Of a stretch of DNA of 42,752 bases, positions 23,978-33,674 are shown one piece after another (position 1 is the stretch's first letter; the number at the start of each line of letters is the position of its first letter). Position numbers and translations under genes: made by a program. Source of the DNA: a virus (Duplodnaviria; Caudoviricetes); the IMG/VR virus record IMGVR_UViG_3300033402_000023, positions 1 through 42,752 of that record; one strand, written 5' to 3'. The notes below the pieces were generated by a model, which ran no database searches, was not told the origin of the DNA, and was given only the letters and a program-made list of their open reading frames with translations.

Positions 23978-25069
23978 ATGGGCGGTTATGTAGGTCTGGC
24001 CCCAGCAGGGTTTCCCAATGTAGCCCTGAGCAATTATGCGAAGGAATTCGCCGATGACGCAGTGCCCCTGGTGGGAGATCTCATCTGCCCCAAGGTTCCG
24101 GTGGAGCGGCAGTCCTTTCCCTTCGTGATCTGGAATCGCGACAATCTGCGCATTCCCGGATCGACGCTGCGCGCGCCGAGCGACGGCGCCACCACCATCC
24201 GGCGCTCTTTCTCGACCAACAGCTATTTCGCGCGCTCTCACGCGCTCAAGGGAAGCGTGCCCTTCGAGAGCGAGGCCTATGGCCTGGGCCTGGGCTTCAG
24301 CGAGAAGCTGCACCTCACCGGCGACCTGATCGGCCGCATTCGCCGTGCCCGCGAGTCGGAGATCACCAAGATGGCCCTCTCCGCCACCAATTTCCCCAAC
24401 GGCGTCATCTACACCACCAGCTCGACTCCGGCGCAATGGGACAGCTACATCACCAATCCCAGCGATGATACTGAGGCCACCGTGACCTCGCATCCCATTG
24501 TGGATGTGGAAACCTACAAGGCGATTCTTCGCCAGGCCGCGGTGCAGGATTCGGAGATGGTGCTCATTCTGAGCGATCCGGTAGTGACCGCTCTGGTCAA
24601 CCATCCGGACATCATCAACCGCTTCAAGTACACCAACCTGGGCGGTCAGATCTCGCTTGATCAGCTTACCAGTGTTTTCGGCGTCAAGTGCGTGCGCGCC
24701 AGCGCCCTCACCATGAGCCAGAACAATGTGGCCTCGTGGATCTGGGGCTACAATGCCTTCCTGGGCATGGCCAAGAGCTCGCCTGACCGCAACGACGTGA
24801 GCTGCATGAAGACCTTCGTATGGGCCGGTGGCAAGGGGCCGGGAGCGGGCGGCGAGAATGTCGCTCTGCCAGGCGCTCCGGGAACCATTGACGGCTACGG
24901 CGTTCTCGAATGGCTCGATCCCGAGCTGGACAAGAAGACCTACTGGCAGTCCGTGGATTGGTACTACGACATCCAGGTGACGGCCGTCGAAACCGGCATT
25001 CCGCTGATCAACGTGGTTGATAGCGCCAACTTCACCATGGGAACGATCCCTGGCGATATCGAGAGCTAA
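23978..25069 (+). CDS. Major capsid protein
   Basis: Position after protease/decoration genes; GGAGGAGG RBS; ALSNYA...ICPKVPV pattern; size. Confidence 0.88.
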   Translation: MGGYVGLAPAGFPNVALSNYAKEFADDAVPLVGDLICPKVPVERQSFPFVIWNRDNLRIPGSTLRAPSDGATTIRRSFSTNSYFARSHALKGSVPFESEAYGLGLGFSEKLHLTGDLIGRIRRARESEITKMALSATNFPNGVIYTTSSTPAQWDSYITNPSDDTEATVTSHPIVDVETYKAILRQAAVQDSEMVLILSDPVVTALVNHPDIINRFKYTNLGGQISLDQLTSVFGVKCVRASALTMSQNNVASWIWGYNAFLGMAKSSPDRNDVSCMKTFVWAGGKGPGAGGENVALPGAPGTIDGYGVLEWLDPELDKKTYWQSVDWYYDIQVTAVETGIPLINVVDSANFTMGTIPGDIES

Positions 25070-25100
25070 CAAGGGCCGGCTTTCCGGCAATGATGAGATC

Positions 25101-25130
25101 GAGGGCGCGCTTCTTCGGAGGCGCGCCTTC
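25101..25130 (+). other. C(UUCG)G hairpin 3' of the capsid gene
   Basis: GGCGCGCTTC-TTCG-GAGGCGCGCC; no U-tract. Confidence 0.6.
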
Positions 25131-25161
25131 GGCGAACAGAGTTCCATCAAGGAGATTTTCC

Positions 25162-25341
25162 ATGGCAGACGCCACGACCAAAACAACCGCCAAAACCTCA
25201 GCCTACAAAGTGCTCACCAACCTGATGCACAATGGCGGAGGCCGAACCGGCAAGCTCTATCGCAAAGGCGATACCGTGCAGCTCACCGAAGCCACCGCAG
25301 CGCCGCTGCTCAAGAGCGGAGCCATCGAGCCCATCAAGTAA
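25162..25341 (+). CDS. Small head-associated protein (Mu gp35-like position)
   Basis: AAGGAG RBS; YRKGDTVQLTEATAAPLLKSGAI. Confidence 0.75.
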   Translation: MADATTKTTAKTSAYKVLTNLMHNGGGRTGKLYRKGDTVQLTEATAAPLLKSGAIEPIK

Positions 25342-25353
25342 CTCCGGAGCGCC

Positions 25354-25797
25354 ATGGCCTATGCAACCCAGAGCGACCTGGTCCCTCTCCGCATGACGGT
25401 GAAGGACCTCACCGAGCTTACCGATGATGATAATAGCGGCCAGATCAACGCCGCGATTGTCACCGCGGCGCTCGAAGAGGCCTCTGGGCGCGTGGAAAGC
25501 TATTGCCGGATGCGCTATGTGACGCCGCTGCAGCAATCGGACGACGTGAAGGCATTGACACTGGATATTGCGGTTTATCTGCTCTTCAGCCGGCGTCGCG
25601 AAACGGTGATTGGCGAGACGGTGCAGCAGCGCTTCGATCAGGCCATTGCTTTCTTGAAGGATATCGCCGCGGCCAAGGCATCGCTCGATCAACCCTCCAC
25701 GGCGCTGCAGCCGCAGACTTCGCTAGGCGGCCCGACAATCAGTGAAAAGGATCGCAAACTGCCTTTCCGCGAAGAGCATATTCAGGGGTATGTATGA
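25354..25797 (+). CDS. Head-tail adaptor, Mu gp36-like (DUF1320)
   Basis: MAYATQSDL...AALEEAS...RYVTPL...DIAVYLL...AIAFLKDIA. Confidence 0.92.
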   Translation: MAYATQSDLVPLRMTVKDLTELTDDDNSGQINAAIVTAALEEASGRVESYCRMRYVTPLQQSDDVKALTLDIAVYLLFSRRRETVIGETVQQRFDQAIAFLKDIAAAKASLDQPSTALQPQTSLGGPTISEKDRKLPFREEHIQGYV

Positions 25798-26441
25798 GCG
25801 CCACCGTTATCCAGATCGACGATGCCAATGTGAAAGTCGGCCTGGGAAAGTTCCGCCTGGCGCTTCAGGAAAAAAGCGAGCTGATGCAGGAGATCGGCAT
25901 GGCCATGCTGGTTTCTATCCGGCGCACCTTCCGTGAGCAGGGATCTCCGGCAAACTCCTGGATGGCTCTTGCGCCTTCGACCCTCAAAAAGCTCGGCGCA
26001 AAGGCCGCCGGCAAAAAAATCCTCATCGATACCGGCACGCTGCTCAACTCAATCGGCATCGCGCAAACTACGCCCGAAAGCGTGATTATCGTCACGAATG
26101 TGAAGTATGCCGCCGTGCATCAGTTCGGCTCGCGCGATCGCGGCTCCATCGGACTCGGCCCGCGCACTAAAGAGCAAGCCGCCGCCACCGTCAATGTGCA
26201 GCAGCACAGCTTTGCGCGGCTTACGCGCTCGCTGGGCAAAGGCCGGCTGGGCAATCGCGTGATGAATATCCGCGGTCCGCGCAATCAGATTCGCGGAACC
26301 GTTTCCGCGCACGCGCGCCATCAGAACATTCCCGCACGGCCTTACCTGGTCTTCCGGCCGGAAGATCCTCAGCGCATCCGCAACCTGGTCAACGGCTATA
26401 TTCAGCGCGCGCAATCGGCGGCTGGCCTGGGAGGCGAGTGA
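25794..26441 (+). CDS. Virion morphogenesis protein, Mu gpG-like
   Basis: ILIDTGTLLNSI, TNVKYAAVHQFG, IPARPYL. Confidence 0.93.
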   Translation: MSATVIQIDDANVKVGLGKFRLALQEKSELMQEIGMAMLVSIRRTFREQGSPANSWMALAPSTLKKLGAKAAGKKILIDTGTLLNSIGIAQTTPESVIIVTNVKYAAVHQFGSRDRGSIGLGPRTKEQAAATVNVQQHSFARLTRSLGKGRLGNRVMNIRGPRNQIRGTVSAHARHQNIPARPYLVFRPEDPQRIRNLVNGYIQRAQSAAGLGGE

Positions 26442-26959
26442 TGGGCGCTCCCTCGCAATTCAAAATCGACCAGGTCGAGGGCGCGCTGATCGCGCTGCTC
26501 AATAGCGTGATGCCCGCAGCCTATGGCACTGTGGAAGCGCCGGTTCTGGTGGATGTGAATTCTGTCAACAGCAAGGACTTCAACGCCCAGGGCCAGCTCG
26601 CGCTGAAACCTCCGTCGCTGCGCGTGCAATTCAGCGAAGCCAATTATGCCAATTTGCGCGACAATCAGCGGCTTACCTATCAGGCAGCGCTGCTCTTCGA
26701 CGTGCTCTGCTTCGAATCAAGCTTGCGCTCCAAGGCCGACGAGCGCATTCAAACTTTGAGCCTGGTGGACGTCACGCTCAACCAGCTCGCCGGAGCGCGG
26801 CTGAATCTGGCCGATGGCACGCAATCCATGCCGATCGAATTGCGGCGCGTTTCTCTCGTATTGCCCGATGATGGCGGCCCGGTCGACCAGCTCTTCGCCA
26901 TCACTTTGCTCATCAGCGGCATCGCGCAATTCAATGGACCCAACGGAGGCGTGCTCTGA
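26441..26959 (+). CDS. Tail terminator/completion protein, Mu gp37-like
   Basis: Position and size; IDQVEGALIALL N-terminus. Confidence 0.7.
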   Translation: MGAPSQFKIDQVEGALIALLNSVMPAAYGTVEAPVLVDVNSVNSKDFNAQGQLALKPPSLRVQFSEANYANLRDNQRLTYQAALLFDVLCFESSLRSKADERIQTLSLVDVTLNQLAGARLNLADGTQSMPIELRRVSLVLPDDGGPVDQLFAITLLISGIAQFNGPNGGVL

Positions 26960-27321
26960 TGGCCAATGCGACTCCGGACTTCGTTCAAGTGCAGCTCACG
27001 GCCGCGGGCATTGCCTTCGCGGGCGCTGGCCAAACCCTGCGCGTCTGCAATGGCCACTTCGATTACACTTTTACGCCAGGCAATCCCGTCAAAGTTCTCA
27101 TCAGCGAATGGAGCCGCGTGCTCTCGGCGCAGCTTTCCAACGGCCAGCCTGTTTTTGAATTGGTTTCCACCGGAGCGCAGGCCGCTCAGCAAAGCGGAGC
27201 ATCCGTGACGATTTCGCCCGAGGCCAGTCATAGCGATGCTCCCGCGCAGCCTGCGCCTCAACCCGCGTTCAAAACAAAATCTACGGCCGCCAAAAGCGCC
27301 GCGGCAACCGAGGTGAAGTGA
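26959..27321 (+). CDS. Hypothetical protein
   Basis: GGAGG RBS; TGATG overlaps. Confidence 0.75.
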   Translation: MANATPDFVQVQLTAAGIAFAGAGQTLRVCNGHFDYTFTPGNPVKVLISEWSRVLSAQLSNGQPVFELVSTGAQAAQQSGASVTISPEASHSDAPAQPAPQPAFKTKSTAAKSAAATEVK

Positions 27322-28337
27322 TGGCAGGACCCTACAATTTCCTCACACAATGGAAAGAAGCGCGAAATCTTCTGCTCAGCGCAAACTCGCAATCCGCCTG
27401 GCAAGGCGCATTGACGCTCTCCGCCCTCACGCAGCGCCAGCGCTTCGATGGCGGCGCGGTGCTGGGCTTCTCTTCAACGCGGCGCAGCGATCAAGGTTAC
27501 AGCGGCAAAGGAACCGCCTTCGCCACCAATGGCCAGGTCACGAGCTGGGATACCAAATTCCAGGGCTTCAAGGCGGAGCTCTCGCCATGGCTGGCAGGCT
27601 ATCTTTTCGCCTTTCTCATGGGCACGGATACCGTCACCGGATCAGCCTCGCCTTATACGCACACCTTCAATTTCGATGAGACCACGCGCATTGCCGTGCC
27701 CACGACGATCTACGTGGAAGACACGGCCGCCATCAAGTATCTTTGCCCGGATATGTGCATCGATGAAGTCACGCTGACCGTCAACGAGATCGGCGCGATC
27801 GTGGCGGAGATGAGTATGCTGGGCACCGGCTATCAGACCATCGGCGCTCTCTCTCCGCTGCCCGCGCTGGCCTCGGAGAGCTACATTCTGGGCTCCGACG
27901 CGGCGCTGACCTTTGGCTCCGGCGCGGGCGCATCGATGATCGGCCGTCATATGAAAACCACCTTCAAGGCGCAGAATCAGCTTCAAGTGCATCGCGCGCC
28001 CGGCGGCGGCCTCTATGGCCTTTTCGTCAGAAAGCAGAATCCCAAGTTCTCCATCGCCACCACCATCGCGGCCAAGGACACGGATGATATCTACACCCTC
28101 TTCCAGAACGACACGGCCTCGGTCTACTCGCTGGTGGTCAACTCCGGCGCCGCGGCGCAGCTCACCATTTCCATTCCTGTTGCTCACTTGAAGACCACCA
28201 AGCTGGGCTTCGACGGCGATATGGAAATTTGGGAACTGGAATTCGACGAGACCAGCGCCTTCGATGTGAGCGGCGTTTCGCCGGTCACGGTGACGGTTGT
28301 CAACAGCGTCGCGTCATATCTTACGGGCGTGGCTTAA
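27321..28337 (+). CDS. Major tail tube protein (non-contractile)
   Basis: YTHTFNF...PTTIYVED beta-rich pattern; no sheath gene; followed by terminator, chaperones and tape measure. Confidence 0.8.
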   Translation: MAGPYNFLTQWKEARNLLLSANSQSAWQGALTLSALTQRQRFDGGAVLGFSSTRRSDQGYSGKGTAFATNGQVTSWDTKFQGFKAELSPWLAGYLFAFLMGTDTVTGSASPYTHTFNFDETTRIAVPTTIYVEDTAAIKYLCPDMCIDEVTLTVNEIGAIVAEMSMLGTGYQTIGALSPLPALASESYILGSDAALTFGSGAGASMIGRHMKTTFKAQNQLQVHRAPGGGLYGLFVRKQNPKFSIATTIAAKDTDDIYTLFQNDTASVYSLVVNSGAAAQLTISIPVAHLKTTKLGFDGDMEIWELEFDETSAFDVSGVSPVTVTVVNSVASYLTGVA

Positions 28338-28349
28338 CGGTTGCTCCTA

Positions 28350-28381
28350 CGGGCGCGTGGGGAAGCGCGCCCGCTTTTTTC
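28350..28381 (+). terminator. Intrinsic terminator after the tail tube gene
   Basis: CGGGCGCG-N8-CGCGCCCG followed by CTTTTTT. Confidence 0.7.
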
Positions 28382-28504
28382 CGTTGTATCCGCGCCAATC
28401 CTGCGGCGCGGCGGAAGTCCGGCAGGCCTGCGCGGGGCTTCAAGAAAGACCGGGTCCTTCACCTGGATTGATTCACAAATCCCATCTCAAAGAAGGAAGG
28501 ACCT

Positions 28505-29245
28505 ATGTCTACGCAAAATTCCATCGAGCTCAAGGCGCCGCGCATCATCACCCTCACCGATCGCGGCAAGCAATATACCTTCACCTTGGCGCGCATCACC
28601 AAAAAAATGTGGCTGCGCTATTTTGAAGGCATCCTCTCCACCAGCGAAAACCAGGGCGGCAAGCGTATCGACAGTTTCGACAGCAGCGCCGCGCGGCTGG
28701 ATCTCGTGGAGAGTTGCCTCGTGACCGCCAGCGGCTATGCGCTGCCCGAAGGCAAAATCAGCATCGACCAGGTCGAGGATTGGAAGAAGCTGCTGCCTCT
28801 GTCCCATCGCCTGGGTGTAGCCAACGCCATCATCAGCGTCTCGCCCAGTGAGCCCAATGAGGATGAGCCCATCGCGCTCGGCCTTGAACCCATCTATCTT
28901 GACGCCATCTGGAGCGCTGGCGAAGACGGCGTGATGCGCAAATTCAAAAACCTGCGCCACAACTTCAAATCGCCCACCGCCGATCAGCAGCGGCGCATCT
29001 CGCGCGACAGCTCTCGCTCGCGCGTGGTGGGCGGCTCGCGCAGCTCGAAAACACAATGGATGGGCGCGCAGGCCACCCTGGCCGAGCTTTATGACGAGCT
29101 GATCGTCAGCGCCGAGGGTTATGTGGTTGACGGCGAGATTCCCGATCACGACGGCCTGGTGGAATTCATGGACACCTACCATAAGGTGGCGGCGGTGGAC
29201 GTGCTCTTTGCGCCGGCCGCGCCCAAGGTTGAAGAGGAGCAATGA
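28505..29245 (+). CDS. Putative tail assembly chaperone
   Basis: Between tube and tape measure; AAGGA RBS. Confidence 0.65.
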   Translation: MSTQNSIELKAPRIITLTDRGKQYTFTLARITKKMWLRYFEGILSTSENQGGKRIDSFDSSAARLDLVESCLVTASGYALPEGKISIDQVEDWKKLLPLSHRLGVANAIISVSPSEPNEDEPIALGLEPIYLDAIWSAGEDGVMRKFKNLRHNFKSPTADQQRRISRDSSRSRVVGGSRSSKTQWMGAQATLAELYDELIVSAEGYVVDGEIPDHDGLVEFMDTYHKVAAVDVLFAPAAPKVEEEQ

Positions 29246-29637
29246 TAGATGTCTCTAATGACGCGGAAGGCGTGCGCATGGCCCTCGAAGAGATCTTCGA
29301 GAGCGACTTCGCGCGCTCGCTCATGCGCGGCGAAGGGGCCAATGACGAGACTTTGGCTCGCATGGAGCGGCGCGTTCCGCCGCGCACTCTGGCGTGGGGC
29401 TATTACCGCTGGGGTGAGCATCTGCTCCATCTCGAAGCTCTGCAAAAGGCGGGCATTGCCCTGGCACTCAAGGATCTGGCTGCTTGTGAATCCGAAGGGC
29501 TGCTCACATTGTCGCGCGCCCGCGCGGCTTTTGAAGCGCGGCATCCAGCCTGCTCGGGCTGCGGGCAAAGGCAGCCGAACCGCTTCGGCGGCGAGTGCAT
29601 CGGGTGCGCGTCGAAGTTTCAAAGGCGCAAGGAGTAA
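29242..29637 (+). CDS. Putative second tail chaperone with C-terminal zinc ribbon
   Basis: Own GAGGAG RBS, ATGA overlap; CSGC...CIGC. Confidence 0.65.
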   Translation: MIDVSNDAEGVRMALEEIFESDFARSLMRGEGANDETLARMERRVPPRTLAWGYYRWGEHLLHLEALQKAGIALALKDLAACESEGLLTLSRARAAFEARHPACSGCGQRQPNRFGGECIGCASKFQRRKE

Positions 29638-29670
29638 AAAGGCGGTAAGCAGAATCTTCTGAGTGATTTT

Positions 29671-32600
29671 ATGAGCGTCGAAACCAGCGCGGTTCAAATC
29701 TCGGTCAACGTAATCGATAACACCTCCAACCAGGTGCTCGCGGGCGTTGAGCAGAATCTGAACAAGCTGGGCACGGCCGGCCTGCGCTCCGGCGCACAGG
29801 TCGAGGAGGGTATGAAGCGCGCCGGCGCGGGAATGCTTTCCGCCACGGAGAAGACGCGCCTGGCCGCCGAAGAGATGGGCGTGCGCCTGCCCCGCGCCAT
29901 GATCTCGCTGATTGGGCAGAGCGAGGCGGCGCAGGCCGTCTTGAGCAGCCTTAGCACGGCGCTCATTGGATTCGGCGCGATCCAGATTGGCGGCATGGTT
30001 TTTGCGGCCGCAATTGAAGGTGCGGAAAAGCTCTGGAACAATTACCTCTCGCTTAATCATGCGGCCGACGAATACGAAAAGACTCTCAAAAAACAAAAGG
30101 ACGAAGATTACTGGAATAGCCACGACATCGAGACCACAACTCTCCGGATCAATGAAGCGAAGAATGCTGCTGAATCTTTTAGAGGAGTTGCCGATGCAAT
30201 TCATCGCTCAGGATGGGCAGACATCTTCAGCGGGAATGTGGGAATGGGACTCGGAGAGCTTTACAATGCACATCAATTAGCGGGAGAAGCGGTCAAAAAC
30301 CGGGAGAGAGCCGATAAGCTCAGCCCTGAGCAGGAACGCCAGAATCACGAGGACGCACTGGCTCATATTGAACTTGCTCATGCAGGGGATGCGAGGCTGC
30401 GCGGCGAGCAGAAGATCACCGCCGAAAAGCGGAAACAGCATGCAATAAATGTCGAGGACGCCTCATTCAAATACAGCCTGGACAGCAATAAGGACAATCC
30501 TGTTGCTGCGGATGCTGCCGAGAAAGAACAAAACACAAAAAACTCAATCGCCGATGCAAAGGCTAATGCTGAACTGTTTAATCTGCGGCGCGCGCAGAAT
30601 CAGGAGCTGGCCCATTTGCGCGAACAGGCTTTAGAAGCCGGGCTGCGCGGTACGGCTCTTTACAAGGCTCAAGAAGCGGCAGCAATTGAAGAACTGAAGT
30701 TTAAAGATATGGATTCGGTCGCAGCTAGAAATGCGATCAAATTTAGATTCCATGCTGAAGAGATGAAGCGATTGCAGGAACAGGAACATGCAATTGAGAA
30801 AATGCGTGAATCAACACAACTTGCGGGCTTAACCGGAACAGCGCGCATTCACCAGGAAGAACGAAATCGGATTTCGGAAGTTTATAACCCTGACAATGGT
30901 CTAACTCCTGGCCAGCGCCTAGCTGAAGGCAATGAAATCCATAAGCAAACCGTTCAGGAAATTAGCGCGCTGAACAAGAGTTTTGCTGAGCGCGTAGATG
31001 AGATTGTGGGCAGCAGCGCTTCGCGAGAACTACAAGGCTTTGCGAGAATCAGCGCCGATGCGCAAAATGAAATCCGTAAATTACGCGCCGAAGCCGCAAA
31101 GAATGGCGGCAAACCTGAAGACCTGACTCGTGGAATAGATGCAATCAAAGCTAGCGAGGCCGGGCAGATCAAAGATCGTGACGATAAAAATCGGCTGGAA
31201 GATGAGCGATTGGAGGCACAGGCACGCGTCAAATTCCTCTCTGCCGAAAAGCAAAAGACGGCGGCAATTCAGACTGAATTAAATGAACGCAAGGAAAAAT
31301 ATGCCGAGGAGCTGAAGGCTCGGGAGATCACACAGGAGGATTACAATCGTCGCGTACTCGCCGCAGAGCAGGAAGCCAATGCCGAGCGCATCCAGGCGGC
31401 CGAGGAAGCGCGCAAGAAGATGGCCGGGGAGTTTACCTCCTTCTTCAAGGGCATGGAGCATCCGCAAAAATATCTCGCTGAGCTGGGCGATAAGGCTGCG
31501 GGGCAGGCGGCGGCTTCGCTCTGGCAGCGCTTCTCCAGTTCGCATGGCGGTGCTGCGGCGGAAGGTCCAGGCGGCATCTTTGGCGACATGATGAGCGGCT
31601 TCGGCCTCGGCAAAAAGAAAGCGCCGGGCGCGGGCGCGGTACCGGGAATGCCGGCCACGCACGAGGCCGGCAAATCGATGAGCATCGCCACCGCCATGAT
31701 TCACATTGGCAGCGCCAGCATTTCTGGCGGCGGCTTCGCCGGCGGATCGACGTCCGTGGGCAATGCAACCGTCGCCGGGCCTGGCAGCACAACTTTGCTC
31801 GCGCCAGGCGCTGGCGGCAGCTTCGGAGGCGGCGCATCGACGCCAGCCGGAGCGGCTTTCAGCAGCTCTCGATCGACCGCTGATATGGCTGCGAATATCG
31901 GCTCCGGCATTGCCGCGCCTGGCGGCGGAGTAGGGCCTTCGAATATAGCTCAGGCTAAAGGCGCGCTGACTGATGTGAGTCAAGGCTTTGGACTTTATAA
32001 ACAGCTTTCAAAAGATTTCTCAGGTTCTGGCGCAGCTTCTCAGTCGGCTGCCGGCGGCTCCATGGCGAGCGGAGGCTTCTCCGCTTCGAATGTAACTGGA
32101 GCGGCTCAAGGCGCTCTCGGCGTCTTCTCCGCATCGCAAGGCGGCGGCGGAGTCGGTGGAGCATTGAAGGGCGCCATGAGCGGCGCTGAGGCAGGCATGG
32201 CCATCGCCGGGCCAATCGGCGCGTTGATCGGCGCGGGTGTGGGCGCAGTGCTGGGCGGCCTGGGCAGCGGCAAAGCGGCGCGCGAATACGATCTGAAAAC
32301 CGTGCGCCCGCGCATGGCGCAGGACCTCGAAGCCTACCATTCCGGGGGCATGAATTATCTCGCGGCTTACTCCGACGCGCAGAGCCTGGAAATGGATGCG
32401 GACCGCACCACGAAGAAGATGGGTCCTGCCGACTATCGTTATTTCAGCAATACTATCAAGCCCGAGCTGACCCAGTTTATGGCCAAGCTTACGGCTCAGG
32501 AAAAGGCGGGGCGCAGCCAATATTCTTCTTCCACCGCGCAATATGCATCGGGCACGGATTATGTTCCCGGCACCGGCCTGGCCATCCTGCATAAAGGTGA

Positions 32601-32817
32601 AGGCGTCTTTGATTCTGGTCGTAATGAGCGCGTTACACAGGCAGTCGAATCTATGAGCAAAATGCCGGTGCAATCGGCCTCCATGGGCGACGTGCATCTC
32701 CATGTCCACGCCATCGATGCGCGCGGCGTCTCTCAATTCCTCGATAAATACAAGCACAACATCCGCTCGGCGGTAAATGACAGCTATGCGGAGAATTCCG
32801 GTGGAGGGTTGAACTGA
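29671..32817 (+). CDS. Tail tape measure protein
   Basis: 1048 aa, helical and Ala/Gly-rich; YASGTDYVP...AILHKGE C-terminal motif. Confidence 0.92.
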   Translation: MSVETSAVQISVNVIDNTSNQVLAGVEQNLNKLGTAGLRSGAQVEEGMKRAGAGMLSATEKTRLAAEEMGVRLPRAMISLIGQSEAAQAVLSSLSTALIGFGAIQIGGMVFAAAIEGAEKLWNNYLSLNHAADEYEKTLKKQKDEDYWNSHDIETTTLRINEAKNAAESFRGVADAIHRSGWADIFSGNVGMGLGELYNAHQLAGEAVKNRERADKLSPEQERQNHEDALAHIELAHAGDARLRGEQKITAEKRKQHAINVEDASFKYSLDSNKDNPVAADAAEKEQNTKNSIADAKANAELFNLRRAQNQELAHLREQALEAGLRGTALYKAQEAAAIEELKFKDMDSVAARNAIKFRFHAEEMKRLQEQEHAIEKMRESTQLAGLTGTARIHQEERNRISEVYNPDNGLTPGQRLAEGNEIHKQTVQEISALNKSFAERVDEIVGSSASRELQGFARISADAQNEIRKLRAEAAKNGGKPEDLTRGIDAIKASEAGQIKDRDDKNRLEDERLEAQARVKFLSAEKQKTAAIQTELNERKEKYAEELKAREITQEDYNRRVLAAEQEANAERIQAAEEARKKMAGEFTSFFKGMEHPQKYLAELGDKAAGQAAASLWQRFSSSHGGAAAEGPGGIFGDMMSGFGLGKKKAPGAGAVPGMPATHEAGKSMSIATAMIHIGSASISGGGFAGGSTSVGNATVAGPGSTTLLAPGAGGSFGGGASTPAGAAFSSSRSTADMAANIGSGIAAPGGGVGPSNIAQAKGALTDVSQGFGLYKQLSKDFSGSGAASQSAAGGSMASGGFSASNVTGAAQGALGVFSASQGGGGVGGALKGAMSGAEAGMAIAGPIGALIGAGVGAVLGGLGSGKAAREYDLKTVRPRMAQDLEAYHSGGMNYLAAYSDAQSLEMDADRTTKKMGPADYRYFSNTIKPELTQFMAKLTAQEKAGRSQYSSSTAQYASGTDYVPGTGLAILHKGEGVFDSGRNERVTQAVESMSKMPVQSASMGDVHLHVHAIDARGVSQFLDKYKHNIRSAVNDSYAENSGGGLN

Positions 32818-33674
32818 TGCCCTATACCGATATTCTCAATCCCACCACCGCGTGGTCTGAAGACATCAACGATTCCATGACGCCCAATTATGGCTTCACG
32901 CGCAAGCGCGTCGCTACCAAACTCAACAAAAAAGCCGTGGGAGGAACGCCGTGGACGCGGGAGACGCAGAATACCGGCCACGTCTTCAACCTGAGCTGGC
33001 TCACGCGCTCCTGGGCCTGCGTGCGCAGACTGAAGCGCTACTACGAGCAGTATGAAGATGGCGTCTTCACCATCGTTGATTGGGATGGCGGCGGCCGCCA
33101 TTATGTCGGCCGATTCACCACCGAAATCGTTCCCGTCGAAACCGGCAACGGCATGTGGGATGTGCAGAATGTGACCTTTGAGGAGATTCCGCAACAGCCG
33201 ATGGTGAGCTATCCCAGCGACTGGACCGACGATGCGATCGCATTTTTCGTCACCAACGACTTCGGCGATCAGAAGCTGGCCACCTCCGGAACGTGGACTC
33301 AAACCGCGCGCACGGCCGTCGCCGGCGCACAAGGGACTGCGCATGTTCCGCTGAGCACTATCGGCACACCATACGTCACCATGGACGATACGGGCACTGC
33401 CGGCGACTGGGCCTGTTACGAATATCGCGGCTACGGCTTCAGGCTCTATATGCTCAAAGGTCCGGAGTTCGGCCAGGTGGATATCTACGTGGATGGGGTC
33501 TTTCTTGAAACCATCGATCTTTACAACGCCGCCGATATCGGCCCGCAGATCGTGCTCACGCAGACGAATATGCCGCTCGACATTCACCGCGTGCAGGTGC
33601 TTTGCGACGGCACTAAGAACGCCTCAGCCTCGGGCGCCGCGGTGAGTTGGTATGCGCTGGAGGTGATGCGGTGA
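32817..33674 (+). CDS. Distal tail protein-like with C-terminal beta-sandwich
   Basis: Directly after the tape measure; GQVDIYVDGVFLETIDLY carbohydrate-binding-like motif. Confidence 0.7.
   Translation: MPYTDILNPTTAWSEDINDSMTPNYGFTRKRVATKLNKKAVGGTPWTRETQNTGHVFNLSWLTRSWACVRRLKRYYEQYEDGVFTIVDWDGGGRHYVGRFTTEIVPVETGNGMWDVQNVTFEEIPQQPMVSYPSDWTDDAIAFFVTNDFGDQKLATSGTWTQTARTAVAGAQGTAHVPLSTIGTPYVTMDDTGTAGDWACYEYRGYGFRLYMLKGPEFGQVDIYVDGVFLETIDLYNAADIGPQIVLTQTNMPLDIHRVQVLCDGTKNASASGAAVSWYALEVMR

Noticed and set aside
8498-25186. Long opposite-strand ORFs (8498..9496, 17566..19023, 20453..21550, 23975..25186)
   Set aside because: High-GC shadow frames of well-supported genes.
28505-29637. G/GT programmed frameshift in the tail chaperones
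   Set aside because: The second ORF has its own RBS and ATGA-coupled start; no clear slippery heptamer at the junction.
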